A stretch of DNA of 64,000 nt from NCBI GenBank assembly GCA_050084985.1, contig JBITNC010000001.1:140988001-141052000 (forward strand). Reading direction: 5' to 3'. Made by a program: the position numbers and the translations under genes. This DNA comes from Nageia nagi. Lineage: Eukaryota; Plantae; Pinophyta. Below the pieces are notes generated by a model. The model saw only the letters and a list, made by a program, of their open reading frames with translations. It did no database searches and was not told the DNA's origin. Shown here piece after piece: positions 1-14,107 of this stretch (position 1 is its first letter; each line of letters begins with the position of its first letter).

Positions 1-3000
1 ACTTCCCCTAAAGGTACTATTTGTCCAATCACACTAGGTGATTCAGATGCTTTACCCACTTCTTGTAATGATGGTATATTAAATACCACATCATCTACAC
101 CATATTCTCCCATCCCTAAATCCATTAATTTAACTTTCACTGGATATACACTAGATGAGTCATTATTAGATGTAGTATTCACTTGTTTTGATGAAGAAGC
201 TCCATATTTTTCATCTAAAGTCTTAGCAACCCTTTCCCAGGCATCTCTATCTTGTATAGCTATATCACTTTTTCCTTTTATGACTTCAGATTGATTTGTA
301 TTTTTGTTCATCAATATGGTTGATAAGTTAGGAGATGGTAATGTCACTTTACTTGGATCCAAAATTAAATTACAATGCGAATAAGGGTCTGGATCTTTAA
401 ACACACAATGAACTTTATCTTTGTAGATGTATTTTAAACATCCATGGTAAGTTGATGGAACACATTGCATTTCTCTAATCCATGGACGTCCTAAAAGAAC
501 GTTGTATTGTATAATGTTTCCTTCAATTATATGCAATAAAGTTTGCACGGTCTTAGCCCCTACTGTAATCGATAGCACGATTGATCCCAAAGTTGAACAT
601 ACTACATCATTAAATGCCCTAATTTGTAAAGAAGTGGCTAAGATAAGCGAATCTGACAAGTTCAAATTTTTATATGCGGCCTCTGAGATTATATTTATAG
701 CTGACCCTTCATCTATTAGAATTCTTTTAAACCATTTCCCATCTACTTTACCCATTATATGTAAAGGTGGATCAAGTCCGCCTTGTCCATCATTTTTTAA
801 TTTTTCTTGTTCGTAGAAGGTAATACTAGGTTGTTGAGATATCTTCAAACTTTCAACTATTGAAATAAAATTATCAGGGTTACTAATATCCACTTGAATT
901 TCTTGTAGAATTTGATTCATAGCTTCCCTATAACTCCCAGACTATTGTAATAGCTCAAATAAAGTCATCTTAACCAGATACATCTTTAATTATCATTGAA
1001 GAGCACCCTTTATTGAAACCTTAGGTTGTTGTGGAGGAGGTATAGGTTGTATATTAATTGGATTTGATATCGATTGATTTTTTTGTGGGTTATCTTGTTT
1101 ATCTCGATATTCTTGTGCTCTTGTAGCTATACCAATCATGTGTATTGAATCATCTATAGTCCCTATAAATGGTGTATCCTTATCATTGCATGTATAGTTC
1201 ATTTGATTTGGGATAATCACCACATTGTTAGCCTGATGTGAAGGTAAGGGGTTTTGATATATCCCTAAATTTTGATTCGGAGGCACAACTGGATTATCCA
1301 CATCTATTTTCCCACCATCTATCAAGTCTTGAATTTTATGCTGTAAAGTTTGACATCTATTTGTCTTATGTCCCTTTTGTCTATGATAAGCACAAAATTC
1401 ATTCTCTCTATACCATTTTTTCCCTTTAGCATCAGGATTCTCCAGTTTTATTTTAGGTAATGTAATCATACCATTATCACATAATTTTTTAAGTATCTCA
1501 GATAATGGTTCTGATAATGGGGTAAAATTTCTCTTAGGCTTAGATTCAACATTTTCTTCAATTTTTGGAGCTTGACCAGAATCTTTCGTCATAGCTATTT
1601 GATTACTTTGTGGTTGTTTACTAGTATTCTCATGTTGATTGCCCTTCTTGTATTCCTTCTTCTTGAGTTTCAGTTCTCCATCTTGAATTTTAACTCTTTC
1701 TATAACTACTACCTGTGCAATAGCTTCTTCAAAAGTCTTATGTTGTTGAATTTGGAGAACACTAGCTATTAGTCTTAGACAACTTTGACTAAACAATTTA
1801 ACCAATTCTTCTTGTGGTATTGTATAAGGCATACTAGTAAGTATAGCCCGCCATCTTGAGATGTAATCTTGTATAGTTTCATAAAAAAAATTGTTGTAAT
1901 CTTGTAAGATTCGTAATGGAAGATTTTTCTTTAATATTGATTCTAAAGTGCTCAAGAAATTGATCAGCCAATTGTTCGAACGTATATAAACTATGTATAG
2001 GTAAACCATTATACCAATCCAAAGCTTGACCTGTAAGCATCATAGGGAACATATGTAACATCAATGAGTCATCATTGGCTATCTGATAACTAGAAAATGC
2101 AAATTTTCTCAAGTGTTCTTTGGGATCTTCTCTTCCTTTAAATGGTTCTATTTTAGGAAGTTCAAACCTATAAGGTAATTTCTTTTTCGGAACACTTGGA
2201 TGAATAGGCTCATTACAAATGTTTTTATAATTTAACTTCTTAAGCCGTTGAACATTCATCTCTCGATGAATGAAATCCTTCAAAAAGTCTTCTAATTCCT
2301 TATCAGTTCTTCGACCTTGAGTATGCCTATGATGTCTTCGAGTATTCGGATCCTTTTCTAAGATTGATCTTGACATGTGAGACTCATAGTCAGAAGGAAA
2401 TTCCGATGGTGGTGGGGGCAATATTTTAAGAGGTGATTGATGTCGCAGACTAGGGATTTTAGGAGGTTCTTGGTATATACTTTTTCCGTATAACTCTTTT
2501 CCTTTGTAATCAGGTTGTTTCATTTGCTTTTGAGTTTGTTCCACCCAACTTTTAATAGAATCTTGCTTTTGTTTATCATATAATCTTTGTAATTCTAGTT
2601 CTTTATCCCTCTTCTTTTGTAACAAAATGGCTACTTCTTTATCCCTTGCTTCTTGTCTATCTAAGTAAGGATCTCGATATCTCCGTATTTGACTTCCTTC
2701 AAGAGTTTCGGGTTTCCAATTTTTAATCCTTTGATATTCCTCCCACTGTCTTTATTTTTCTTTTTCCATACGTAGATGTTGCTCCCTTTTGATTTTTTCT
2801 TTTTCTAATTCTTCAAGTTGTAATTCTCTTAAATGCAGTTGAATCTCATGCTCTTTATGAAGTCTTTTCTTTTCTTGTTCTAGGAATTCACTTCTCTCTT
2901 TGTTTATTTGTTCTTGTTCTATTAATTTATTTTTATCCTTAAAAAGTTTATCTTCCATTTCTTTTAATTTATCCTCTTGTTCTTGAATTTTAAGGACTTC

Positions 3001-3795
3001 ATTATTTCTTCTATTTTCTTCCTCTAGGAGATATTGCATCTCCACAGCCCTTTTAATCTCATCGGCATATACTTCCATGAATCTTTGACCTGTTTTTGTT
3101 GTATATAATCGTCTTCATTCTTTTAGTTCTTCAAAAGAAGGTATCTCTTCTACTACAAATTTAGATGTCCTTCTATCTAATCTTCCCTTTGAAGAGTAAG
3201 ATTTTTCTATTTGCTTTATTGAAGGAGCTCTTTGAGATAAATTACTTGCAGGTATTGCTACTTCATTTTTTCCTAATTCAAGAGATTTACGAGAAAGAGG
3301 AAGTCCTTCTTTTCTAATCAAAGAACTGACTATTTGACCATCTGGTAATTGATGAATGACTCTATCATAGATAACTTTATACGGTTCAGTCTCTAGTACT
3401 GCTATGGTTCCAGCCCAAGATCTATCCTCATCAATTTCTAAGTTATGACACCTTTGATCTCATTTTTCTACATCTCTTGGTACACTAGAAGATGTCTTAG
3501 GAATATCTCTATGATTAGCTAGACAACGATGAATTTCAATTAACTCTTCATCTAACACTTGCATTCTAGACTTAGTAATATGATCCTTTATACCTTGTCT
3601 TTGCAATTTAGATTGATCATAAGCCCAATCTTTATCTTTACCTTCATAATGACCTATCCGTGAATCTGATTCATCTAAAAGAGGTGGCCTCCTAACTGAA
3701 GACTCTATCAAATCCATATTATCTGTATCTATTTCTTGTATTTCAAATGGGTATTCTTGTATTTCCTTAGCAGCCATACTTCTAGTTTGAACCAT
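1..3795 (-). pseudogene. Gag-protease polyprotein with a long charged/coiled-coil N-terminus, disrupted by stops and one frameshift
   Basis: Starts MVQTRS at 3795. ORFs 3460-3903, 3115-3321, 2752-3078 and 1879-2625 share one frame. Capsid motif FKGREDPKEHL...FPMMLTGQALDWY; frameshift in the A-run at ~1883-1890; knuckle FCAYHRQKGHKTNRC; protease PPLHIMGKVDGKWFKRILIDEGSAINII at ~690-780. Confidence 0.9.
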
Positions 3796-4804
3796 TATAA
3801 ACAAACATCGTAAAAAGAGAACTTCATTTTTATCTTTTATATTATGTTTTCGAGAAAACAATTTGATGCACAAACATCCTACATGCAAATTTACTTCTAA
3901 CAATGTGATTATCTTTTTAACTTTTTCACATATTTTTAATATCTAAGTTAAATGACCGATATGAGTTATTCACTTTTAGTCTTTTAATTTTCCTAATTTG
4001 TTTTGACTAGTCAAGTCTTAAACAAGGTAGTTTGGGTAATTCTAAGTAATGTTTACAAGCTTCTATGGCTTTTGGCTTGGTTTTAGAAGAGTCTCCTTTT
4101 TTGACTCCTACCTAAAGGAGAGTCACCTTGGTAATCACCTCCAAGTGTGACTGGCTCTATGGCTTTAAGTGTGTTATGTCGGTGGGTACAAAGAAGTAAG
4201 AATTAACGGTTGGTAGTGACATCCAACTCATTAATGTTCGATTATATCCTTTAAGGCCTTATGAAATGCATTTTAAACAAGTAAGATGCAATTATGCATA
4301 CTACCCTCCCCAACATTCATGTCCATTCATTTATCTTATCTTAATGTGATACAATCAAAAGTTTATTATAAGATGGATCTTGACCTTAATAAACCTCGTT
4401 GTTCTTTTCTAATTATAATGTGATTCATTATCCAACCTCTTAGTGATGTTCATTAACCCCTTCTAGCTGTGGAAGTATTATGTGTAGTAAATTTCCAAGT
4501 AAGATGTGAATAAATTTTACCTCTTTCACTTAACTTATTTCTGATCACTTAAGATCGCTCGAAGCGCAAAAGTGAGAGCATACTTTGTTAAGTGAAAGTA
4601 CTTAGTGTATTCGAATCCATCCAATTCATTAACCCTTTAATGTGATTTGTACTATCCAAAACCCTGATTTATTTTCCTTAAGTTCATTCCAAATTAAGTG
4701 TGATTCATTTACCTCTTCCAATTATGGAAGTATTATGTGTAGTAAATTGCTTCCTCTTACTAGTAAGAGGTCATTAGATGTAGATAAATTAACCCAATTA
4801 ATGA

Positions 4805-5192
4805 TAGTGTGAGTGTGAAAGAAAAGAAAAGTTAATTTACCCCTTCTTATCAAGTCTATTCTGGTCACCTTAGATCGCTCAAAGCGCAAAGGGAGAGCAT
4901 AAGTAGACAAGATAAAAAGTATTAATGTGTATGTAGTGTGAATGTGAAAGAAAAGAAAAATTAATTTACCCCTTCTTATCAAGTCTATTCTGGTCACCTT
5001 AGATCGCACGAAGCACAAAGGGAGAGCATAAGTAGACAAGATAAAAAGTATTAATGTGTATGTAGTGTGAGTGTGAAGGAAAAGAAAAATTAATTTACCC
5101 CTTCTTATCAAGTCTATTCTGGTCACCTTAGATCGCATGAAGCGCAAAGGGAGAGCATAAGTAGACAAGATAAAAAGTATTAATGTGTATGT
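4805..5192. repeat. 129-bp tandem repeat x3 in the retrotransposon leader, with a degenerate partial copy near 4515-4585
   Basis: AATTTACCCCTTCTTATCAAGTCTATTCTGGTCACCTTAGATCGC recurs at about 4834, 4963 and 5092. Confidence 0.95.
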
Positions 5193-5390
5193 ACCCTTCA
5201 CCCAAAGCATGAAAATAAATACATAACTTCATACATAAAGTAAATTAATAAAAGATATGCATTTAACCTTTTCTACCCATTCTTATATGCACTCTAGGCA
5301 AAGGAATCACACTCAAAAATATTTTTTCATAACACAATTTTATTTTACTTTTTCAGAAATAGCAAAAAGAGATAAAATAACCTGGATATG

Positions 5391-5540
5391 AGTCACCGGC
5401 ATTTAGATAGGGAACGCTAGCATTTAGTGATAGTCTCCGACATTTGATTATGGTCACTGGTGTTTAATGATAGTCGCTGGCATTCGATACCAATCGCTGG
5501 CATTTAATTACAGTCGCTGGCATTCGATACCAGTTGTCGA
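5391..5540. repeat. ~20-bp degenerate tandem repeat (AGTCGCTGGCATT...), about 7 units
   Basis: gtcaccggcatt, aacgctagcatt, gtctccgacatt, gtcactggtgtt, gtcgctggcatt, atcgctggcatt, gtcgctggcatt at ~20-bp spacing. Confidence 0.8.
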
Positions 5541-5672
5541 TGTTTCTGCAACAAATTCCTGAAAAAGCATAGAACCCAAAATTTGAAGTTAATACGTAGA
5601 AAAATCTAAAAAAACTAGAGAACAGAAAGGTAGAATCATAGACAAAATATCTCCCTCTCAATAACGGAGGGG

Positions 5673-5689
5673 CCCTCCTTCTAGCACCA
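5673..5689 (-). promoter_or_regulatory. Primer binding site (tRNA-Asn type, from recall)
   Basis: Plus strand CCCTCCTTCTAGCACCA lies 3 nt from the LTR end; near-identical to the PBS at 63001-63017. Confidence 0.85.
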
Positions 5690-5692
5690 GAA

Positions 5693-6533
5693 TGTTGCAA
5701 TGAAAATTGAGCTGGAATATAGAATAACATAAAATAAAAATTACTCTTCAATCTTCATTGAACCTCAAATTATATAACATAGATAAACATGTTGTAATTG
5801 CAAAATGATATTCAATCTTAGTTCAAACTACAATTTGCCCTTAGAAGGGACTTTTACAAATGTATGTGCCAAAATAAGAGTATTAGATCTCCATTGTTTT
5901 TGGGTTGCTTGCTTCTCTTCTTGATGTAGACAACCTGTAAATCCTACACACATGCAAGAGACAATAACATCAAAGCATCTATGTGTAACATTGTATTAAA
6001 ATGAAACTAGCATAAAACAATAAAATAAATGAGTTCATAAGATTTTGGCATCATTACCCTACTTCAAAATTGGGTTCAATTGGGGTCAATTAGGTCCATA
6101 TTGCTTTGTATTAGCTTGTATTTATAGATTTTTAGGTGAGACGTTCCAAGGCTGGAAAAGGGAAGTGAAGAGCCACCGTAAGTCGTAACTGACCTCCTCT
6201 ATCCACCTCATCATGGAAGACAAAGCATTCCAACTTCCTTTTTTGATTTTTGTTTGGCTGTTGCAGAGTTGTCGGTGTTTGTATGTTGAACATCAAAGAT
6301 CACCTCGAAACGTCAATGTTTCATATGGAACACCGATGACTAGTTAATTATATTAAAATGAGTGCCTAAAAGTCAAATTTCATCAAAAGGGGGTCATGTG
6401 ACCATTCATTTTGCATACACTCGATGAGAGCTATCCAATAATAGGGTTTCTAAACCTATTTTATGTTATCACACCAAGTTATGATTATTCTAATGTTTAC
6501 TTAGTTAACGAGGGACATTTTTAGGTGTCTACA
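5693..6533 (-). repeat. 5' LTR (~840 bp) of the Tat element
   Basis: TG...CA termini; minus-strand TATAAATAC at ~6118-6126; adjacent PBS. Confidence 0.75.
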
Positions 6534-7530
6534 CTAGTGTATGATGCAAACATAATTTTATGGATTGTAATGATCGCATGATATATATAAAATAGATACG
6601 TTAAAAGAGATCATGAATTAATATACAAAATATGTGCATACATAAATTACATACATTATGTATATATCAAGGTTATATACCTTGTGTGTATATCAATTTT
6701 ACATACCCCATAGGTATATCATATTTTGACACTATATCTGATGTTATTATTGATGCTAGATACTTTTTTATGCTAGAGATGATGAGAAGTGTCTCTAAAT
6801 TAGATTCTAGGGATGACACTTTTTCTAACACTCATGTTAACATGATTTATAGTGCCAATATACAAATCAAAATTTTATATATATATATTACATTTTGATA
6901 TTCTTGTTGACATGATTTCACCTATTTGTATTAGTGTAGGAAAATAATAGATTCCTACTATAAGATTCGTTATTTCCTAGTTGATAGCAAATTCTCCTCA
7001 TTTGGAAAAAAATTAAATATGTTTATTAAATTTAATTTTTTCTAATATTTTGTGAAATACCAATAAAGGTAAAGTCAACATTTAACATTCTTTAAACCTA
7101 TTAGTTTGTAAGATCTATCAAGAGGTTTTAAATATCACCAATGTAGGAGGTGGGAACTTGAGATGTCCAATGTGGGTTCCATCACACCTTATTTATCTCC
7201 CAAGTCTCCTACAAAACTTTATAAGTTATTATTCGGATTATTTAACAAACATCATCATATTATATTTGATAAGGATCTAGAATTTTATTTTAATGATTTA
7301 TTTTCATTAGATGGGTGTGAGTGACTATGGTCAACTTTATTTGGGAGTATTCTTATTTTTCTTGAAATATTTGTACATTTGTGAACTATTAAATATTTTT
7401 CTTTATATGATAAATAATCATTCAAATACTTAATTTATATCTATTTACTTTTGTATAAAATTTGATATGTCCTACAAACCAATAGGTTTCAAAAGATATT
7501 AAAAGACTCTTACTTGCTTATACTTTTATA

Positions 7531-7669
<139 letters not shown>

Positions 7670-9368
7670 CATACTCTCTTATATGTCTTGCTACTATAGC
7701 GAAAGTTTATAATAAAATCAAGTATAACTATTTAATAAATTATATTCATCAATATCATATTAATGTGGATTAAACTTTGAACATGGTCTCAGACATGGTT
7801 TTAAAGTAAAAATATGATTTTGGATTCAGGGTCTGACATGATTACTTAGATTCATCACTAGTTCATTAACATTGGTATTATAATTATCAAGAGTGGAATA
7901 ATAATTTATTAAGTGGTTGAATATAATGAGGAGGTTTTTTATAAATTTCATAGGATGTAAATTCTAATATATAATTTTATAATGAGTGAATCATAGGTAT
8001 TTGTTTTATTCATGTTATAAATGCTTATGTATCAGTAAACTTTACATTTGTTATTTCAATAGGGATAAATGCATTAATTATTTTTATTATATTTAGGGTA
8101 TATTAAGATAAGATGCAATGTTAGGATCAAGTATTCTACCAACTCAAATTACTCCCTCTACATTGAGTATATCACTAAGAAGACATTATTACAAAGGCTT
8201 TAGTGCACCTAATCAATTGACATGGATCAAATATAAATATTATGTTATATTAAAAGGATATATTAGATTTAGAATAGGTTCCAATTAAATATTTCATTAT
8301 CCATTGAATATAGTCATTATGGTATAATAATAGGAATTAATATAACTACATCCTTTGAAGGAGTGATATTCATATTAATTTATGAGCATGAATAACTAAA
8401 AATCTTCAATAATGATGATTATGTTGAATGATATATACTAAGCTACAAGATTATTTGGATAACACATGAGGTAACAATTCCTACACAAAAGATAGATAAA
8501 TTTCCACCACTTAAAAAATTAGGTTATTGAATAGTATATGTATTTTAACTTTAATGTTAATGGGAAGTAATTTAATGAAACCAAGTAATAATTCTTGAAG
8601 AAGTTCACATGTCCTATGTTAGAGAAATAATAATTAGGGTAACTAAAAGATATTTGGAAGGGATAAAATTAGTCTATTACAAATTTTACCAATAATTTAA
8701 GGATGTTTATTATAAAATACCTTATGATAAATTGTAGCAACTAATAAAAATTACCAATGAAACGCAATTGTGGTAGAAACAAAAGTTATCATAAAAATAA
8801 TTATTCTTATTGCTAGTAAGTGTTAGAATTAGCATTATGGGAAGAGGTTACATACTAGGATTTTCCAATGGATAATTGATAATATTGAGAATAATATTTA
8901 TAAAAAGTAACCTAAAAGTTGAAGAAACTAATTTCTCCATAAAAGTTGGAGTAGAAATCTAGTGCGATAACTATAGAACAAATAGGAATAATAATAAGAG
9001 TTATCATATAAAGAGTGCATAACTCAATATTATTTATGATTTAATTAATAATATATAGCACTCTATAACCATTTTTTTAATATTATAATGTATAATATGA
9101 TACAAGTCAATGGTTCATGTTAATGGTATTAATCATTGATGCAATTTACTAATCATTGTTGAAAGATGAGCTAATGGTAAGGAGTGAGGTAAATAATTAA
9201 TGAAATACAAGTTTGATTATTGTTGATGATATTAAAAAATGAAAAAAATTATTATGTAGTAGATGATGATGTTTAGTAATCATTTGGGAATAATCTTATG
9301 TTTAAGATTTGATATTGCAATAATTGATGGTATAACAAAAAATAATTATTATGAAGAAATAATGTTCG

Positions 9369-12300
9369 TATTGACACCTAAAATAGAAACACCTTTTCTA
9401 TTTTATATGTATTAAAATAAATAAATAAATATATATATATTTGTAACAATGATGAAACAGTTTATATCTTATGTTATTTCTTTCTTTTGTGATATAAGGA
9501 TTAAGAAGCGCTAAGAAATCTAGCTTGGGATAAGAGAAAACTTACCTATATAAAGAGGATATGTACACATGAGATATAATATTAGATATTGGTCTTGATA
9601 TATCCCATACATATTCTTTGTGATTGATATTTCTAAGCGATATCTATCAAGATTTGATATGTGTGCTATCACATATACTCTATTTCCCTTAATTATCTTT
9701 ATATGTTATAATATGCTTGTCTAAATAGGTTCACACATGATTGAATTTTTTTCAAATATATTTCATTAATATTTTGGAACATAGGTGTCAAATCATGCAA
9801 CCCAAGAGCCAAAATATCAATGCTAGGGAATGAGGATCAGTTTTACTTCTAAGATTCGACAAACAAGATGTCAATGACCTATCAAGCTTATTCCTAAAAT
9901 CTAATATGCATTATAATTAAGATGATATGTGTTTTATATCTTATATCTAATCTTGATAGTGTTAGATTTAATCTAATATATAAGATATTGCTTATCTTAT
10001 TCATTCTTTTAATTTCCTTAACTATTGTTACTTTAATACTAGGTTGGTTTGATATTGTCACATTATTTATTTATTGTATCTAATAAACCTAACTTTTTGA
10101 TTTCATATATCCTTATTTTAGGGATTTTTTTGTGTCAAAAAACCTAGGGTTTATGGAGGTATTTGATCATTGTATTTAAGTGTTTCAAAAATGGATATAC
10201 ATCAACATATTCATGAATATTTCTTCACCAATAAAGATTAAATTATAGCATTTGAGAGTGTTGATACTAGGGAAGGAATACCATAAATATAATCTAGTGA
10301 AGGAAATATATCCAATGCAAATTAGATTCAATATCTCAGTACAAAGGTTGAAAAATATATAGGAATGATGATAAAGGATAAATTTATATATAACCAAGAG
10401 AAAGGAATCACTCTATCTGATGATATTTGTAAACCATCATTATTGGTAATCAGTATGATATAGAATTGGATAAATTAAATAGTGAAGGGATCCAAATTCC
10501 CATATTCAAGGGTTCAATTATACAATGGAATTACAAATTGAAATCTATAATAATCTCAAGGTGAAATACTTTCTTTTAACTAGGTCGTAAATGCAAGAAA
10601 GTAGTTCCATACATTAAAGCATAAATCTATTAATTCATATGCTCAATTGAAGATTATTTTCAAAAATCATTTCAAGTGTAATATTCAAAGGCCTCTTGGA
10701 TTATCAGATCTCATGGCATATAAAGAAAGTGTAAATGAAAGATTAGATAAGTTTATTTTCATTTTCAAAAGAATTGGTGCTTGATTGATTACACTCTAAC
10801 TGGTAGGAACATCATCAATATCTAATTGGATAATATAATAAATGGATTAAACTAATATGCAATTGACTATAAGCATGAACCATTCACAAAAATGACCTAT
10901 AAATTTATTGATAAGAAAAAATGTTGGTTCAAAAAGGGGCATACAGATATTCAAGTATGTCAAAGGATAATTCAAAAAAATTATATCATAAGAATAAAGA
11001 TACTAATGTCAATACAAATTAAAGTACTTCAAATGATGCTCCAAAGGATTTAAGAAAATCAAATAACTATATTCATTTGTTGGTATATCCAAGAAACATG
11101 TCCCAATAAAATCAAATAACTATATTATCATAACAACATTTACTTTCTTTATTTGATTCTTTAAAGAACCAACATTTTAATGATAACCTTGAAACAAGTA
11201 TCTTTGAATAGATATTAGATTATTTTAAATAGGTTAACATGATATTATTTAATGATAATGAGCTCCCATAAAAATACATCATTGAGTAAAAGCTTGTATT
11301 TGTATATTCGAGTGAAGATGTTTTGTATTCCTATTAAAAGAGCCTAAGTGGATATATATTTGGGTTTGAATATTTTATACATAATATTCTTGAGGTATTT
11401 TCAAGATAAGGGTCTACCAAAGATTTCAAAACCCATAATGAAGATCAAAGGCTTTAATAATGCCAAAAAATAATGTGTGGGAGTTGTGAATCTTCCCATT
11501 CATATAGGATAAAATACTATTGAGGCTAAATGCTATGTGATAGAGGGGGATTTTTCATATAATATCCTACATGGAAGGCCTTGGATCCATGTTATGGGGG
11601 AAATTCATTCCACCCTTTATCATTCTGTCAAATTCAAACATGAGAGTAAAGTCCACACTATCTAGGAACATGATCAAATATTTAGGTTGTGCGATAGAGT
11701 TGAGACCCATATTATTCCTCATAACAAAGTAGAGGAAGAAGATGGTAAAGAATATAAGTGGTAATAAAGTATGGAAATAAGCATGGACAATTATTATTTT
11801 CCTAATGTAGATGTCATATAATCAATCAAAAACTTTGAACAACCTTAAAAAGATTATTTTTTGGAACACTAGGGCCTCGTAGATCTTGAGCACCCATAGT
11901 TAGACATTACCAAGTACCCACATTTTGGTACTTTCTTATAATATGATTATGAAAGAGTAAATTAGGTCTTATATAATTAAGATAGCTTAGCTAGTGAATA
12001 CAAATATGTAGAAGCTGAACATTTTAACTTTGTTCTTCCCAAAATATCAAAAGTTCTAAACTCAAAACTATAAATATCACATCCTAGTTTATTTCAAAAT
12101 ATCATATAAATACCTACTTTTATTAAGGAAAAGGTCTAGAAATGTTTGAGCAATGCATGTCTTCTTTACCTCTAAATTTTGGAACAATAGCCAAAAATGA
12201 TAGGCAATGAATTGGAGCTTCTTGCCAAGAAATAGAAGATGGTGATGAGGGAGAAGTCATAAATTACTACAACATCAACAAAATATCAAAAAATGCATCA

Positions 12301-14107
12301 AAAAACTCAAAATACATCAAAAAGTACAATGCTCCAAAAATCAAGTCTTATAAATCCAATGCCACTACTTAAAATTTGGTTTGTAAAATGTCATGTCCAA
12401 GAGATGTATTAGATTAATTAGTTCATACTTATGTATTTTAGAATGATGATGCAATTATAGAAACCCTTAGAGCTAGAAATGAGTTTTCAAAGTGTATTCA
12501 TAAGAGATAAGTTAAAATTTATCTCCATCCTCATCCATATTTTGGCTTAGAACTTCAATAGTATCAAGACATAATAGGTACCCCCTTTCTATGCACTAGT
12601 ATTTATTCTATTTTCATTATTAGTATGAGTAGGATAAGGTAATTAGGGAAGGGAGTTTCTTTAGTAAGAAAAAATAATTGAAATGGATTAGTTTTTGGTA
12701 GGGATAGGGGCATATGACCATGTTAAATGAATATATAGTTGACATAAATATTGAGATAAAGGATAAGCCAATGATGATCAAAATTGGGGAATGGCTAAAT
12801 ACAGAGGAAAGAAATTAGTACAAATCTCTCTTAATAGAATTTGGTGATATATTTATTTGGTCTAATTAATATATACCAAGTTTGGGTATAGAGTTTGTTA
12901 TACATAATTCAATGGTGCATGATGATGCAAAGTTCATTGAGAAAAAGTTGAGGAAAATGCACCCAAAGATTGAATTATTGGCCAAAAAGGAGATTCTAAA
13001 CTATCTTGATGTATAATTCATAAATAATAGTGATTATTCTCTTTGGTCAGCAATTTTTTTTATTAATGGGCTAATTTTGTATTAATAAAAAAATGTTAAA
13101 TTTATAAGGATCTTCACCAAATTTTATAATAAAGTATTTCAAAAAGGTCTTTTATAGCCTTGTTACACTACTGATACAATCTTCTAATTTTATAAAATAG
13201 ATATAGAAATACTAAGAAACATCACCAACTATTTAAGTTCCCTAAGTTACAACAAGTAGAACAAATTTTATAAGATACGTTGGATCCATTATGTCTTTTG
13301 GAAAGGAGTTACTAAAATAACTACATGCCATCATTATAATTGTAGTCAAAAATAGCATATTAAAGAGACAAAGAGACTTTCCACTTCATCCAGCAAAAGC
13401 TAACAACAACCAGAGGCTAAATCCTAAACTAATCCATAGAAAAGAATTGAAGATCATCAAAGTTGAATTTGTAGAGGTTAACATATATTTTTCTTAGCAT
13501 AATTTCCTTAAAGCTCAGACTCTCTCCTACATCCTCATATTTGGTGCTTCTTGTCCCCTTCCTCAATTTTGCCTCTTTTAGCATTTCATTATGGATTTTG
13601 AAGCTAAAAGCTCTTCTAAAATAGACTAGATATTGTTGTTTAACACTCTTTTTATCAATAGTTGCTATTCCCAAATTGTGCTCTCCCTTTGGCATATTTA
13701 GATTGCTCAATCTTATCCATAACCTTAGCATTTCCCTTTATCTTTGACAAATTTTGTAAACCTCCTTTAATTTGTTTACCTAATTCTTGAATTTTAAGCT
13801 ACTAAAGCGTACTCTAAATAGCAAAGTTGGATTTGTACAAATTTTAGAGATATCAACAAGGCATGTCCAAAAGATAATTTTCCTCTTCTAAACATAGACA
13901 TGATTATTGATTCTACAATTGGGCATGAGATCCTCTCATTCATGGATGTTTTTTAGGATACAATCAAATTGGAATGAATATGAAAGATAGTTAGTACAAA
14001 AAAAACTTCATTACTCCATCAAGAAGATTTTGTTATGTTATCATACCTTTTGAAATAAAAAATATAAACATAACTTATCAAAGAGCAATGGTGGCCATGT
14101 TCCATGC
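9369..14107 (+). mobile_element. Heavily decayed Tat/Ogre-like Ty3/gypsy fragment (possible LTR start, protease, RT N-terminal half)
   Basis: TATTGACACCTAAAAT at 9369 resembles the LTR start at 6533. YNILHGRPWIHVMGEIHSTLYHSVKFKH at ~11555-11645; LLIEFGDIFIWS at ~12830; ICTNFRDINKACPKDNFPLLNIDMIIDSTIGHEILSFMD at 13830-13950; TYQRAM at ~14075. Confidence 0.8.
13053..13800 (-). mobile_element. Insertion splitting the RT, probably a LINE 3' fragment
   Basis: RT homology stops at ~13050 and resumes at ~13805; T-rich left end TTTTTTTTATTAAT (poly-A-like on minus); degenerate coding sequence on minus. Confidence 0.45.

Larger units (their letters stand above)
1..6533 (-). mobile_element. Ty3/gypsy Tat-clade LTR retrotransposon, 5' half (5' LTR, PBS, leader, gag-protease), continuing off the left edge
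   Basis: On the minus strand: LTR TGTAGACACC...TGCAACA, PBS TGGTGCTAGAAGGAGGG, gag with a CxxHxxxxHxxxxC knuckle, protease LIDEGSAINII followed by YNVLLGRPW. Confidence 0.9.

Noticed and set aside
4722-5210. 162-aa protein with 43-aa repeats
   Set aside because: By-product of a 129-bp tandem repeat in a non-coding leader; no recognisable domain
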